Source: Phycisphaerales bacterium
Lineage (GTDB): Bacteria > Planctomycetota > Phycisphaerae > Phycisphaerales > UBA1924
Direction: 5' to 3'
DNA length: 34,357 nt
Assembly (NCBI GenBank): GCA_035549675.1
Contig: DASZQL010000159.1
Span: forward strand, 1 to 34,357
In this document: positions 14,252-22,784 of the stretch, in pieces
Numbering within the stretch: the stretch's first letter is position 1
Layout: each line of letters starts with the position of its first letter
Program-made: the position numbers and the translations under genes
The notes under the pieces: generated by a model
The model's database searches: none
What the model saw: the letters and a program-made list of their open reading frames with translations, nothing else
Told to the model about the DNA's origin: nothing

Positions 14252-14336
14252 TAGGCCCGGAGGGACTTGAACCCTCACTCCCCTTGCGGGAAAGGGGATT
14301 TTAAGTCCCCTGCGTCTGCCATTTCGCCACGGGCCT
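14252..14336 (-). tRNA. tRNA-Leu (anticodon UAA), class II with long variable arm
   Basis: Minus strand: AGGCCCG TG GCG AAATGGCAGA CGC A GGGGA CTTAAAA TCCCC T-TTCCCGCAAGGGGAGT GAGGG TTCAAGT CCCTC CGGGCCT A. It has a 7-bp acceptor stem, a GG in the D loop, a TTCAAGT T-loop and anticodon TAA. CCA is not encoded at the 3' end. Confidence 0.85.
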
Positions 14337-14377
14337 TCGAAGAAACTTCCGTTTCCTGTGCCGGGCCGCCGCGGTGC

Positions 14378-15151
14378 TCAACCGGCGCGGGCCTCGGTTT
14401 CGACTTCTTCCATGTACCGACCGGTCAGGCCCTCTTCGCGCAAGACTTCGGCGTGCGGCATGTGCGTCGCGCGCATCACGCCCTTCAAGTGCGGCTTCAC
14501 CATCTCGCGCATCCGCGCCTGCTGCTCGACGATCGGGAGCGTCGCGTCGATCACGGATAAGCCGAACTCCGGCACCATCGACTCGTACTCGTTCAGGATT
14601 CGGCCCTGGAAGAGCTCGAAGCTCTTGTATGGGTCTTCGCTGAGCCGCAGGTCCATGCCCGCCTCGTACCACTTGAGCTCGGGGCGGCCTGACAGAATCC
14701 GGTCGAGCGCTACGTCGAGCGGAACGCGGAAGTAGAACGCCGCGGTGGGCTTGGGGGCCATGCGGTAGATGCGTCGGACGTATTCGCGGTCCATGCCACG
14801 GGCGGAGTCGCGGGCGAAGGCGGTGTAGATGTAGCGGTCAGCGAGGACGACGGCGCCCGCGCGGAGCGGCGGGAGAATGGTCCGCTCGAGGCGGTCCGTG
14901 AAGTCCGCTGCGTGGATCAGCGAGAACGTGAGCGGGCTCAGGAGCCGCTCCACCTTGCCCTTGCGCGTGGTTTCACGCACCAGCGGCGAGCTGTTCCACT
15001 CGCTGAAGTAGCAGGCATAGCCCTGGGCGGTCAGCCACTTCGAGAGGAGGTCGAGCTGCGTGCTCTTGCCCGAGCCGTCGATCCCTTCGACGATGAAGAG
15101 TTTTCCGGGGAGCGAGCCGAGGTCGGCGTACTGGCTGAAATCCGAAGGCAT
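14378..15151 (-). CDS. Thymidylate-kinase-like P-loop kinase, paralogue A (intact Walker A)
   Basis: ATG at 15151 (the track ORF extends to 15187). Walker A VEGIDGSGKST. Tmk-like AADFTDRLE...LRAGAVVLADRYIYTAFARD. Differs from housekeeping Tmk (DRY..S..AYQ) and carries a ~45-aa C-terminal extension. Confidence 0.75.
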   Translation of the reverse strand: MPSDFSQYADLGSLPGKLFIVEGIDGSGKSTQLDLLSKWLTAQGYACYFSEWNSSPLVRETTRKGKVERLLSPLTFSLIHAADFTDRLERTILPPLRAGAVVLADRYIYTAFARDSARGMDREYVRRIYRMAPKPTAAFYFRVPLDVALDRILSGRPELKWYEAGMDLRLSEDPYKSFELFQGRILNEYESMVPEFGLSVIDATLPIVEQQARMREMVKPHLKGVMRATHMPHAEVLREEGLTGRYMEEVETEARAG

Positions 15152-15312
15152 GGCTGAACATCCTGCGAAAGAACGCCGCCGCCCCACTGGCGACGATCGT
15201 GCGAATCACACAGTATGCCCGAAGCCGGGCGCGATGGAACGGACGCCCGGTTCGTCTGAAATACCCGTCATCCGGCTGCCGCGGCGTCGCACCGACAAGA
15301 GAGCGGAACAGC

Positions 15313-17019
15313 TCACTGCGGCTGGTGCGGCAGCCCGGATAATCGGCCGCCCTGGCGGGGCGAAGGCATGTCCGCCCGAGCTTCAGCCGCGCCGTTTCGA
15401 GACACCGACGCGCTGCCGCTCCCGGCCCATTCGAATCGGGGCGAGAGGCCGACGTACCGACGGAATAAGCCGCTCTTTCGTTCGGCGCCCCAGATATCGA
15501 CGGCCGGATTGTCCTTCGCGCCGACGGAAAGGACGACTTCCTCGTCGCGCACGCTGACGGTGACGCCGGCGACGTTCTGCGTGTGCGTGCGGTCGAGTCC
15601 GTCGGCGATCCGCAGGATGCCCGAGAGCTTGCGCACGAGGCGCCGGTCTCGCTTCGGCAGCTTGGCGAACGTCGGGTGATCGAGAGTGGGTTCGGCGCGG
15701 CGGTGGTACCTCGCGATGTTGGCGATCAACTCGAGCTCGCGGTGGCTGAACCCGGCGATGTCGCTGTGCACGATGAGGTGATAGCTGTGCTTATGGTGGC
15801 GCGAGTAGTTGATGAGATAACCGACGTCATGAAGGATCCCCGCCGCGAGGAGCAGGTCGCGCGCGGAGCGATCGTTGCATCCTTCCAGCGATTCCGACGA
15901 CTGCTCGACGATCTGGTCGAACAGTTGCATCGCCAGGTCGGCCACATGGTTCGAGTGGGCTTCCTCGTACCGGCAGGCCGTCGCGAAATGCTTGAGCGCC
16001 CGCCAGCGGTCCACCATACCCGGCGTCGCGCCGCTGCCGTTGGGCATGCGCTCGGCGATCATGGTCAGCAGCAACCCGTCGCGGATACCGCGGTCATGAA
16101 CCTTGAGGGTGTTCACTTTGAGGCGCCTCATCGCGCGCTCGACGATGGCGAGGCCCGGCACGATGATCTCGGCCCGGTCGGCGCTGAGACCGGGCACCCG
16201 GAGCCGCTGGCGCACGGGCATCTGGTCGAGCCAGTCGAGAATGTGCCGGACTTCGGAGCGCTGGATCTCGTAGCCGCGGGGCGTGAACGGGAGCATGTCG
16301 GGACCCGTGCCGGTCGCGCCGCGGTGCATCGAGATCGCCGCGAGGGTGGTGAAGGTGCCGCCGGTCCCGATCAGGTACTGCGGCGAGAACGCCGGCTGGC
16401 GGATCCACTCTTTCATCGTCTTTTTGATCGCCCGGTCCATGTCCTCGAGCGCGCCGACGTCGCCCGTCGTGCAACCCGGGAACCGCTCCGCGACGCGGAC
16501 CGCGCCGAGGGGCACGGTGAAGACCTGCTCGACGACGCCGCCGGAGGCGAGGACGATCTCCGTGCTCCCGCCGCCGACATCCGCGATCGCGACGTTCGCA
16601 TCATGCAGGTCGAACGAGTGTGCCACGCTGAGGAAGGCGAGCCGCGCTTCGTCCTCCGCCGAGATCGGCTCGATCGGGATCCCGGCCCGCTCCTGCACGA
16701 GACCCAGAAACTCATCGCGGTTCTTCGCCTCGCGCACGGCGGCGGTGCCGATGGCGCGGATGACGTCCGCGCCGTACCCCTCCGCGATCCCGCGCATCCG
16801 TTCCACCGCCGAGGAGGCCTTCTCCATCGCCTCGGGGCTCAGGCGTCCGCTGGCATCGAGCCCCTGCCCGAGCCGGGTGATTTCCTTCTCGTCATCGAGA
16901 ATGCGATAGCTGCCGTCCGCGGCGACCTCCGCGACGATCAGGCGGATACTGTTGGTGCCGACGTCGATCGCGGCGAGGCGCATGAACTCTCCATCGGCCG
17001 GATGTGTTCTGGAGTTCAC
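15313..17019 (-). CDS. ppx: Ppx/GppA-family exopolyphosphatase / pppGpp phosphohydrolase with C-terminal HD domain
   Basis: ASKHA-fold motifs AAIDVGTNSIRL, DVGGGSTE, IGTGGTFTT. HD region ILHDVGYLINYSRHHKHSYHLI. GTG 17019 overlaps the CHAD stop (GTGA). Alternative ATG at 16983 (MRLAAIDVG). Confidence 0.9.
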   Translation of the reverse strand: MNSRTHPADGEFMRLAAIDVGTNSIRLIVAEVAADGSYRILDDEKEITRLGQGLDASGRLSPEAMEKASSAVERMRGIAEGYGADVIRAIGTAAVREAKNRDEFLGLVQERAGIPIEPISAEDEARLAFLSVAHSFDLHDANVAIADVGGGSTEIVLASGGVVEQVFTVPLGAVRVAERFPGCTTGDVGALEDMDRAIKKTMKEWIRQPAFSPQYLIGTGGTFTTLAAISMHRGATGTGPDMLPFTPRGYEIQRSEVRHILDWLDQMPVRQRLRVPGLSADRAEIIVPGLAIVERAMRRLKVNTLKVHDRGIRDGLLLTMIAERMPNGSGATPGMVDRWRALKHFATACRYEEAHSNHVADLAMQLFDQIVEQSSESLEGCNDRSARDLLLAAGILHDVGYLINYSRHHKHSYHLIVHSDIAGFSHRELELIANIARYHRRAEPTLDHPTFAKLPKRDRRLVRKLSGILRIADGLDRTHTQNVAGVTVSVRDEEVVLSVGAKDNPAVDIWGAERKSGLFRRYVGLSPRFEWAGSGSASVSRNGAAEARADMPSPRQGGRLSGLPHQPQ

Positions 17020-18104
17020 GCACGAAGACCCTGCACGGCGCCGTGATACTCATGGGACGCCGCTGCACCGTCCACCACGACGACGGGCTCGATGCCCCCG
17101 GCGATGTCGCCCCGCCCGTTCGGACCGTCGCCCAGAAGCTTGGAAACCGCCGTCGAAAGCTCGGGCTCCGCGATGGTTCCCCACCAGCGGATGAACGATG
17201 TCCGGGCGGCGTCGCGTTCGGAACGGAATCGGACCGCGAGCGAGGCTAGCCCGTCGTGCAGCGTCGCGGCTCCGCCGGTTTCGCCCGAGGAAACGATCGG
17301 CGTCGGCAACGATTCGCTCGCCGCCCGGCGCCAGCTCTGCTCAAGCCAGTCCATCGCGTCGTGCATGTCGTTGATGACACCGAGCCGGTCCTGGATGCCG
17401 ACGATAAGCCCGTGCGCCCGCTCGACATCCGCTTCGTCGAAGCAGTCGCGGAAAATCTCGATCGCGTACCGGAGCCGCTTGCCCTCGATGCGCAACTCAT
17501 GCAGGTTGTCATAGACGCCCAGATCGGTGGCGCTGGTGGCCCGCATGGCGTTGAACAACCGCGGGATCTCGCGCTCGGCGACTTCGCCGGCGGTGGTGAT
17601 GTCGCCCGCTTCATCGACAGGCGCGTTGCGGAGCAAGCGTTTCCCGACGCGGGCCAGCTTCTTTCTCGCTTTGCCCCGGCACGCCTTCGCGATGCCCTCC
17701 AACGCGGTTTCACGCTCGCGCTCGAGCCCCTCGACCGCGTAGTCCAGCGCCGCGGCGTCGCCGCCTGCTAGCCCCCCGCGCCGCTCCTTGTACAGGTCCA
17801 TCAGCACGTCGCAGCGCCGCACATTCCCCGCGGCCCGGCGGATGCGCCGCAGACGGCGGTTCATCTTCTTCACGCGCCCGCGCCTGAGGCATCCCGCGAA
17901 AGCCGCGATCGCTGTTCCCGCCCGGCGGGTCGCCACGCGAACATGGTGAACGTCCCGGTCACTGGGGTTGTCGCCCGCGCGATCGAGCTGTTCCATCAGC
18001 TCGACGAGCGAATCCAGCCGGGAGCCGACGGCCTCGTGCAGGGCATCGCCGATGCTCATGACGGGCTCGATGGAGGGATTGTCCTTCTTCGGCTGCTGGC
18101 TCAC
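17016..18104 (-). CDS. CHAD (conserved histidine alpha-helical domain) protein, predicted polyphosphate-binding
   Basis: DVHHVRVATRRAGTAIAAF, LHELRIEGKRLRYAIEIF and LGVINDMHDAMDWL are typical CHAD helices. GTG 18104 overlaps the upstream stop (GTGA). Alternative ATG at 18059. The part of the track ORF upstream of 18104 overlaps the preceding gene and is Arg/Pro/Gly-rich. Confidence 0.8.
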   Translation of the reverse strand: MSQQPKKDNPSIEPVMSIGDALHEAVGSRLDSLVELMEQLDRAGDNPSDRDVHHVRVATRRAGTAIAAFAGCLRRGRVKKMNRRLRRIRRAAGNVRRCDVLMDLYKERRGGLAGGDAAALDYAVEGLERERETALEGIAKACRGKARKKLARVGKRLLRNAPVDEAGDITTAGEVAEREIPRLFNAMRATSATDLGVYDNLHELRIEGKRLRYAIEIFRDCFDEADVERAHGLIVGIQDRLGVINDMHDAMDWLEQSWRRAASESLPTPIVSSGETGGAATLHDGLASLAVRFRSERDAARTSFIRWWGTIAEPELSTAVSKLLGDGPNGRGDIAGGIEPVVVVDGAAASHEYHGAVQGLRA

Positions 18105-18883
18105 GGGCGCGCTCCCGTCATGTTTCCCACCACAGAAAGCACGCCATCCGATAGCGATTTGAACACGGTGCGAACATCGCCGTCGGCGTCCACCACCGAG
18201 AACTTGTACCGCTCGGAGAGGTCGTCGAAGACCGCGAGCAGCCGCGTCTGGTAGCGGACGAACGACTGGTAGACGTCGTGCTCCTCCTGGAAGTCCATCC
18301 CGGACTCCCAGTAGTCGAACCCACCCGCGGCCATGACGCGCTGGGTGAGCTTGGGGAGGCTGATCTTGAGATAAAAGACCGCGTCGGGACGGGGCGCGAA
18401 GCGATAGACATCGCGGATCCACTCGGGGTCACCGCCGCGGACGATGGAGCGCGCCATCATGGAATAGACGTAACGATCGGCGAGCACGACGAAGCCGGCC
18501 CGGAGCGCCGGGATGATCTCGTTTTCAAGCCTGTCGGCGAAGTCAGTGGCGTAATAGAGGTCCATGGTGAGGCGGCCGAGGGTGTGGCCCTCCTTCGCCT
18601 GCCTGAGTCCCTCGCCGGCCAACTGGCTGCGGGTGAGGGCGGTGTGGGCGACGCCGAAGCCGCGCGTCTCGAGCCACTCGCGCAGGAGCGCAAGCTGGGT
18701 GGACCGGCCCGCGCCGTCGGTCCCCTCGACCGCGATCAGTCGGCCGGGCAGCGACGAGATGTCCGCCGCATCGCCGCCGTTGATCTGGATGTCGGCATCC
18801 GCGCCGCCGCGACGAAAACCCGCCTCGGAGCGGTAACCGCTCGAGTTCGAGTGCGCTTCGACCGCGGCCTTGAAACTGGGCAT
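18101..18883 (-). CDS. Thymidylate-kinase-like P-loop protein, paralogue B (Walker A Lys replaced by Arg)
   Basis: VEGTDGAGRST (Arg codon at 18704-18706) where paralogue A has GIDGSGKST. Otherwise colinear with A (ATDFADRLE, LRAGFVVLADRYVYSMMARS). ~45-aa N-terminal extension. Confidence 0.75.
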   Translation of the reverse strand: MPSFKAAVEAHSNSSGYRSEAGFRRGGADADIQINGGDAADISSLPGRLIAVEGTDGAGRSTQLALLREWLETRGFGVAHTALTRSQLAGEGLRQAKEGHTLGRLTMDLYYATDFADRLENEIIPALRAGFVVLADRYVYSMMARSIVRGGDPEWIRDVYRFAPRPDAVFYLKISLPKLTQRVMAAGGFDYWESGMDFQEEHDVYQSFVRYQTRLLAVFDDLSERYKFSVVDADGDVRTVFKSLSDGVLSVVGNMTGARP

Positions 18884-18968
18884 GAATTCGAGGCTCCGTC
18901 ACGGGCGCGGATGGGCCAACGGCGGCATTGTAGCGACGCCGGGCGAGGCCGCCCCGGACACTCCAATT

Positions 18969-18997
18969 GTTAAGAAAAACGGCTGAATTAGCGTCAA
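18969..18997 (-). promoter_or_regulatory. Candidate sigma70-type promoter for the Tmk-like/CHAD/ppx operon
   Basis: Minus strand TTGACG (18997-18992), 17 nt, CTTAAC (18974-18969), in an AT-rich patch. A TACAAT also lies at 18932-18927. Motif match only. Confidence 0.2.
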
Positions 18998-19028
18998 AAT
19001 AACGCGAACAACCCCCGATCGAGGGCGT

Positions 19029-19859
19029 TTACGCGCTGTTCAATGCCGACTGAGTGGATGGGCGGTGGATATCCGTGAACACCTCGTTGGAGGGCCCCGT
19101 CTCGCGGAGTGCGGCGAAGGTCAGGCTGACGGCGATGTTCCGCAGGAGGCGCGAGCGGACCTCGGGTCGCGAAACACGCTCCGGCGCGGGGATGACCTGA
19201 CGGACGGACCCGATCGGACCCGGCACTGCCCCCCGGCGGCTGGACCATTCGAGCAGGCCCCAACCGCCGGGCATCTCGCGCGGCTTGATCAAGCCAGGGA
19301 CTGTGAGCAGGTACAGCCGGTCGGCGACGCGGTACTGGCTCATCAGGAAAAACTTCGTGTCGCCGTGAATGCCTTGCTCGACGCGGCGGAGCGCGCGGAC
19401 GACTTCGCGGTACGCGGCGAGGCGGCTGCGCTCGAAGTCCCACGATTCGAGCTCGCTGAAGAGCGCGCTGCCGGAGCGCTGCAGATGCGGCTCGTAGTGG
19501 CGGATGAGGTCGCGCTCGATGCGGGATTTCTCCGCGGTCAGGCGGGTGCGCTCGTCGATGAGACGGTCGCGCTCGGCGGTCTCCCGGAGGAAGTCGCTCC
19601 GGCACTGCTTGCACTCGATGACGACGGTGACGGGATCGATCTTTTCGCGCCGGGGGCGCGATGGGGCCGCGCCGCCCCACAGTGTTCCGCTGCGCTGGCG
19701 CTCGTCGCGCGTCGGGCGGCGGACATCCATGTAGCCCGCGGCGTCGGCGCGGTAGCGCGAGAGCGGGCAGCGCACTTCCGTCGCGGCGGCGGAACATCCG
19801 TGCTCGATGAGAAACCGGAGCGCCGCGCGCTTCAGGTCCGCGTGCCTGCTGGATTCCAT
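19029..19859 (-). CDS. PD-(D/E)XK nuclease-fold protein, MmcB-like, with inserted helical region
   Basis: ATG 19859 (MESSRHADLKRAALRFLIEHG). Motifs TEVRCPLSRYRADAAGY ... VVIECKQCRSDF (D...ExK). Later ADRLYLLTVPGLIKPREMPGGWGLLEW resembles the MmcB C-terminal block. A ~90-aa charged helical insert lies between them. The track ORF upstream of 19859 overlaps phoU. Confidence 0.45.
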   Translation of the reverse strand: MESSRHADLKRAALRFLIEHGCSAAATEVRCPLSRYRADAAGYMDVRRPTRDERQRSGTLWGGAAPSRPRREKIDPVTVVIECKQCRSDFLRETAERDRLIDERTRLTAEKSRIERDLIRHYEPHLQRSGSALFSELESWDFERSRLAAYREVVRALRRVEQGIHGDTKFFLMSQYRVADRLYLLTVPGLIKPREMPGGWGLLEWSSRRGAVPGPIGSVRQVIPAPERVSRPEVRSRLLRNIAVSLTFAALRETGPSNEVFTDIHRPSTQSALNSA

Positions 19860-19938
19860 GACGCACCACCCTCGACCAACGCACGCACCATCCGTGTGCG
19901 AGCGGCGGGAGTGTAGGCGCGCCCCGGCGGTGCGCGGC

Positions 19939-20619
19939 TCAAACGGGGGCGTGGCGGACGACCTCACCCTCGACGACGAAGATCACCGACTCGGCGATGT
20001 TGGTGCTCAGGTCGCCGATCCGCTCGAACGCCCGGACCACCGAGAGAAGGTCCACGATCGACTTGGCGTCCTTCGAGTGCTCGGCGACTTCCTGAACGGC
20101 CCAGGTCACGATGGCCTTGTAGAAATCATCGACGTGCCGGTCCTCGCCCCGAACGTGCGCGGCGAGCGAGGCATTCCCCTCGGCCAGCGCGCGGATCGAG
20201 TTGCCGAGAATCGTCTGCGCCGCCTCGGCCATGTCGCGCAGAACATCGGGGTAGGCGATCGGCGTCTGCTTGCCCATCGCGATCACGCGCTTGGCGATCC
20301 CCTTGGCGAGGTCGCCCACGCGCTCGAGGTCCGCTTCGATGCGCAGGGCCGCGACGACGAACCGCAGGTCGCCGGCGACCGGCTGCTGCAGGGCGAGGAT
20401 CTCGAGGCACTCGGACTCGATGTCGATGTCCATCCGATCGATCTCGGCGTCACCCGTTTTGACCGTCTTGGCCAGGACTTCGTCGCGCTCGAGCAGGGCC
20501 TTCGTCGCCTTGGCGACGCGGCCCTCGACGCTCGCGCACATCGTGAGTAACGCCCGGCGGAGGTCCATCATCCGCTCGGACAGGTTCTGCGACATCCAGT
20601 CAGCATTCGACACGGGCAT
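19939..20619 (-). CDS. phoU: Phosphate signalling complex protein PhoU
   Basis: Two PhoU repeats (DAEIDRMDIDIESECLEILALQQPVAGDLRFV...EADLERVGDLAKGIA and DRHVDDFYKAI...RAFERIGDLSTNIAE). Lies directly downstream of pstB. Confidence 0.9.
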   Translation of the reverse strand: MPVSNADWMSQNLSERMMDLRRALLTMCASVEGRVAKATKALLERDEVLAKTVKTGDAEIDRMDIDIESECLEILALQQPVAGDLRFVVAALRIEADLERVGDLAKGIAKRVIAMGKQTPIAYPDVLRDMAEAAQTILGNSIRALAEGNASLAAHVRGEDRHVDDFYKAIVTWAVQEVAEHSKDAKSIVDLLSVVRAFERIGDLSTNIAESVIFVVEGEVVRHAPV

Positions 20620-20634
20620 TCCCCATCATACGCC

Positions 20635-21513
20635 TCAACCGAACCGCCCGGTGACGTAATCCTCGGTTTCCTTGTGCTTCGGCCGGGTGAACATATCGAC
20701 CGTCCGCCCGGACTCGATCAACCGCCCCTCGTAGAAAAAGGCGGTCATGTCGGAAACACGGGCGGCCTGCTGCATGTTGTGGGTGACGATGACGATCGTG
20801 TACCGCTCGCGGAGCTCGCGGATCAGGTCCTCGATGCGGAGCGTGGACTTGGGGTCGAGGGCCGAGGCGGGCTCGTCCATCAGCAGGACTTCGGGACCGA
20901 CCGCGATGGCCCGGGCGATGCACAGCCGCTGCTGCTGACCGCCGGAGAGGGCCAGCGCGGAGTTGCCCAGCCGGTCCTTCACCTCGTCCCACAACGCGGC
21001 CTGCCGGAGCGATTTCTCGACCAGCTCGTCGAGCTCCGAGCTGGTCATCCGCAGGTGAAGGCGCGGGCCGAAGGCCACGTTGTCATAGATGGACTTGGGG
21101 AACGGGTTGGGCTTCTGGAACACCATCCCTACGCGGCGGCGGAGGTCCACCACGTCGAGATTCGGGTCCATGAGGTCGATGCCGTGCAGGTCGAGCGAGC
21201 CTTCGGCGCGGGCGCTGGGGATGAGGTCGTTCATCCGGTTGATCCAGCGCAGGAAGGTGGTCTTGCCGCACCCGCTGGGACCGATGAGCGCCGTCACCCG
21301 GCTCGTGGCGATCTCGATCGACACGTCGCGGAGAGCCTGGTGCGTGCCGTACCAGCCGCTGAAGCCCTGGAAGCGGATCGCGGTCGCCGTGGTCGCCTGC
21401 TCGCCGCGCGAGGCCTCGGCCCGGGCCGCGATGGACGACAGCGGATTCGGCGGGGCGGGTGGGTGCGTCACGGGCCTCTCACGGGTTGGTTTCTCTTCAA
21501 CGAGCTGGGTCAT
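20635..21513 (-). CDS. pstB: Phosphate ABC transporter ATP-binding protein PstB
   Basis: Walker [10 protein letters not shown], signature LSGGQQQRL, Walker [13 protein letters not shown]-loop [11 protein letters not shown] 21513 overlaps the pstA stop (ATGA). The rest of the 694-aa track ORF is a shadow extension. Confidence 0.95.
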   Translation of the reverse strand: MTQLVEEKPTRERPVTHPPAPPNPLSSIAARAEASRGEQATTATAIRFQGFSGWYGTHQALRDVSIEIATSRVTALIGPSGCGKTTFLRWINRMNDLIPSARAEGSLDLHGIDLMDPNLDVVDLRRRVGMVFQKPNPFPKSIYDNVAFGPRLHLRMTSSELDELVEKSLRQAALWDEVKDRLGNSALALSGGQQQRLCIARAIAVGPEVLLMDEPASALDPKSTLRIEDLIRELRERYTIVIVTHNMQQAARVSDMTAFFYEGRLIESGRTVDMFTRPKHKETEDYVTGRFG

Positions 21514-22784
21514 TGGAGCTGCTTCTGGGCTTTCTGCCGGATGATCATCGCGGCAACATTGAACAGAATCAACACGCCGAGCAGGACGAGAATCCCGGTC
21601 GCGGCGACCTTGTGGAACTCCTGGTTGGGCTGGCTGGCCCAGTGGAAGATCTGCAGCGGCATGACGGTGAAATCTGACATCAGGTTGCGGGGCGTGTAGA
21701 GAATGAACACCACGCCGCTGACGACGAGGAGCGGCGCGGCCTCGCCGATGGCGCGGCTCAGCGCCAGGATCGACCCCGTCATGATGCCGGGCACCGCCGA
21801 GGGAAGCACCATCGTGGAGATCGTCTGCCAGCGGGTCGCGCCGAGCGCCAGCGCGCCCTGGCGCAGCGAATCGGGCACCGCACGGAGCGCCTCCCGCGAC
21901 GCGATGATCACGATCGGCAGCACGACGAGCGCGAGCGTCAGCCCGCCCGCCAGCACCGTGCTCCCCATCGGCAGGCGCAGGTGGTACCACGCGTGCTCGT
22001 CGCCGAAGCTCAGCATGTTTTGCGTCTTCCACGAGCGGACGCGGGCGGCGTCGAGCACGACCTCGTCGTTCTTGCCGTCCGGCCGGTCGGCCGCGACGCG
22101 GATCGACGGGCGCTCGGACGAGAGCAGGTGGCCCGTCACAGTCGAGCCGTCGTCGAGCGTGAACTCGAAGGAGCGGGCGAAGACCACATGGCGGCTCGTG
22201 ATGTCGGCCCTGTTGATTTCCACTTCGCCCGCTACCGGGTCCCGCAAGCGCAACTGATCGTCCGTCTCCTCCTGCAGGAACGCCTGGATCGGCGCAGGGC
22301 GGCCCACCGCTTCGATCACTTCCATGCGGTCGTAAGTGGAGAGATTCGGGCTGCCCAGAAGGCCGAAGACTCGGGCGAAGACCGTGAGACCGATGATGCC
22401 GTAGACGATCGACGGGACACCGGCAAGATTGCTCACGTTGAGCTGGAATAGCCCATGAACGTGTCGCCAGAGGCGCGTCCTGGGCTTGTACTCCTCGAGC
22501 AGGATCGCCGTCGCAACCCCGACCGGCACGGCAACCGCCATGCAGATGACGCACACCCACACCGACCCCCACAGGGCGGCCTTGAGCCCCGCTTTCGCCG
22601 GGAACCGTGACGCGAAGCCGGTGAAGAAACCGAGGTCGAGATACTTCCAGCCTTGCACGGCGATCGCGCCGATGAGCACCGCGAGCAGGGCGCAGCACAG
22701 GCACGTGATCAGCAGGCATCCGCGGCTGAACCAGCGGTCCACGCGCCGCCGTTTCGCGATCGACTTCGCCCGTTCGCCCGCCAT
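21510..22784 (-). CDS. pstA: Phosphate ABC transporter permease PstA (long form with ~120-aa inserted loop)
   Basis: TM helices plus EAA-type motif [27 protein letters not shown]. An extra non-hydrophobic segment (aa ~146-268) sits between TM helices. Confidence 0.9.
   Translation of the reverse strand: MAGERAKSIAKRRRVDRWFSRGCLLITCLCCALLAVLIGAIAVQGWKYLDLGFFTGFASRFPAKAGLKAALWGSVWVCVICMAVAVPVGVATAILLEEYKPRTRLWRHVHGLFQLNVSNLAGVPSIVYGIIGLTVFARVFGLLGSPNLSTYDRMEVIEAVGRPAPIQAFLQEETDDQLRLRDPVAGEVEINRADITSRHVVFARSFEFTLDDGSTVTGHLLSSERPSIRVAADRPDGKNDEVVLDAARVRSWKTQNMLSFGDEHAWYHLRLPMGSTVLAGGLTLALVVLPIVIIASREALRAVPDSLRQGALALGATRWQTISTMVLPSAVPGIMTGSILALSRAIGEAAPLLVVSGVVFILYTPRNLMSDFTVMPLQIFHWASQPNQEFHKVAATGILVLLGVLILFNVAAMIIRQKAQKQLQ

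Noticed and set aside
14337-14342. Alternative tRNA 5' boundary or encoded CCA
   Set aside because: The 7-bp acceptor pairing is best with A1-U72. The downstream genomic ATACCA is not positioned as a 3' CCA. The boundary could be off by 1 nt without tRNAscan confirmation.
14378-15151. Calling either Tmk-like gene the housekeeping tmk
   Set aside because: There are two paralogues in one operon with ppx and CHAD. Both have a divergent DRY-region, lack the AYQ motif and carry terminal extensions. One has a non-canonical P-loop. The gene symbol is therefore left empty. This remains to be tested.
15583-17046. 487-aa ORF on the + strand
   Set aside because: It is exactly antisense to the well-supported ppx gene. 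Its translation is Arg/Asp/Gly/Pro-rich low complexity, typical of shadow ORFs in high-GC DNA.
18105-18422. Upstream extension of the CHAD ORF (similar extensions at 19860-19967 for the MmcB-like gene, 31762-31998 for the SH3b gene, and 31875-31952 for the TolC-like gene)
   Set aside because: These extensions overlap neighbouring genes or lack coding character. Internal starts give sensible N-termini: overlap-coupled GTG, signal peptides.
20674-21699. 341-aa + strand ORF
   Set aside because: Antisense to pstB/pstA. No motifs. Low-complexity Arg/Gly/Pro composition.
21514-22719. N-terminal 400 aa of the 694-aa ORF containing pstB
   Set aside because: It lies out of frame over pstA. PstB homology starts at the ATG at 21513, which overlaps the pstA stop. 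The upstream part is Arg/Pro/Gly-rich.
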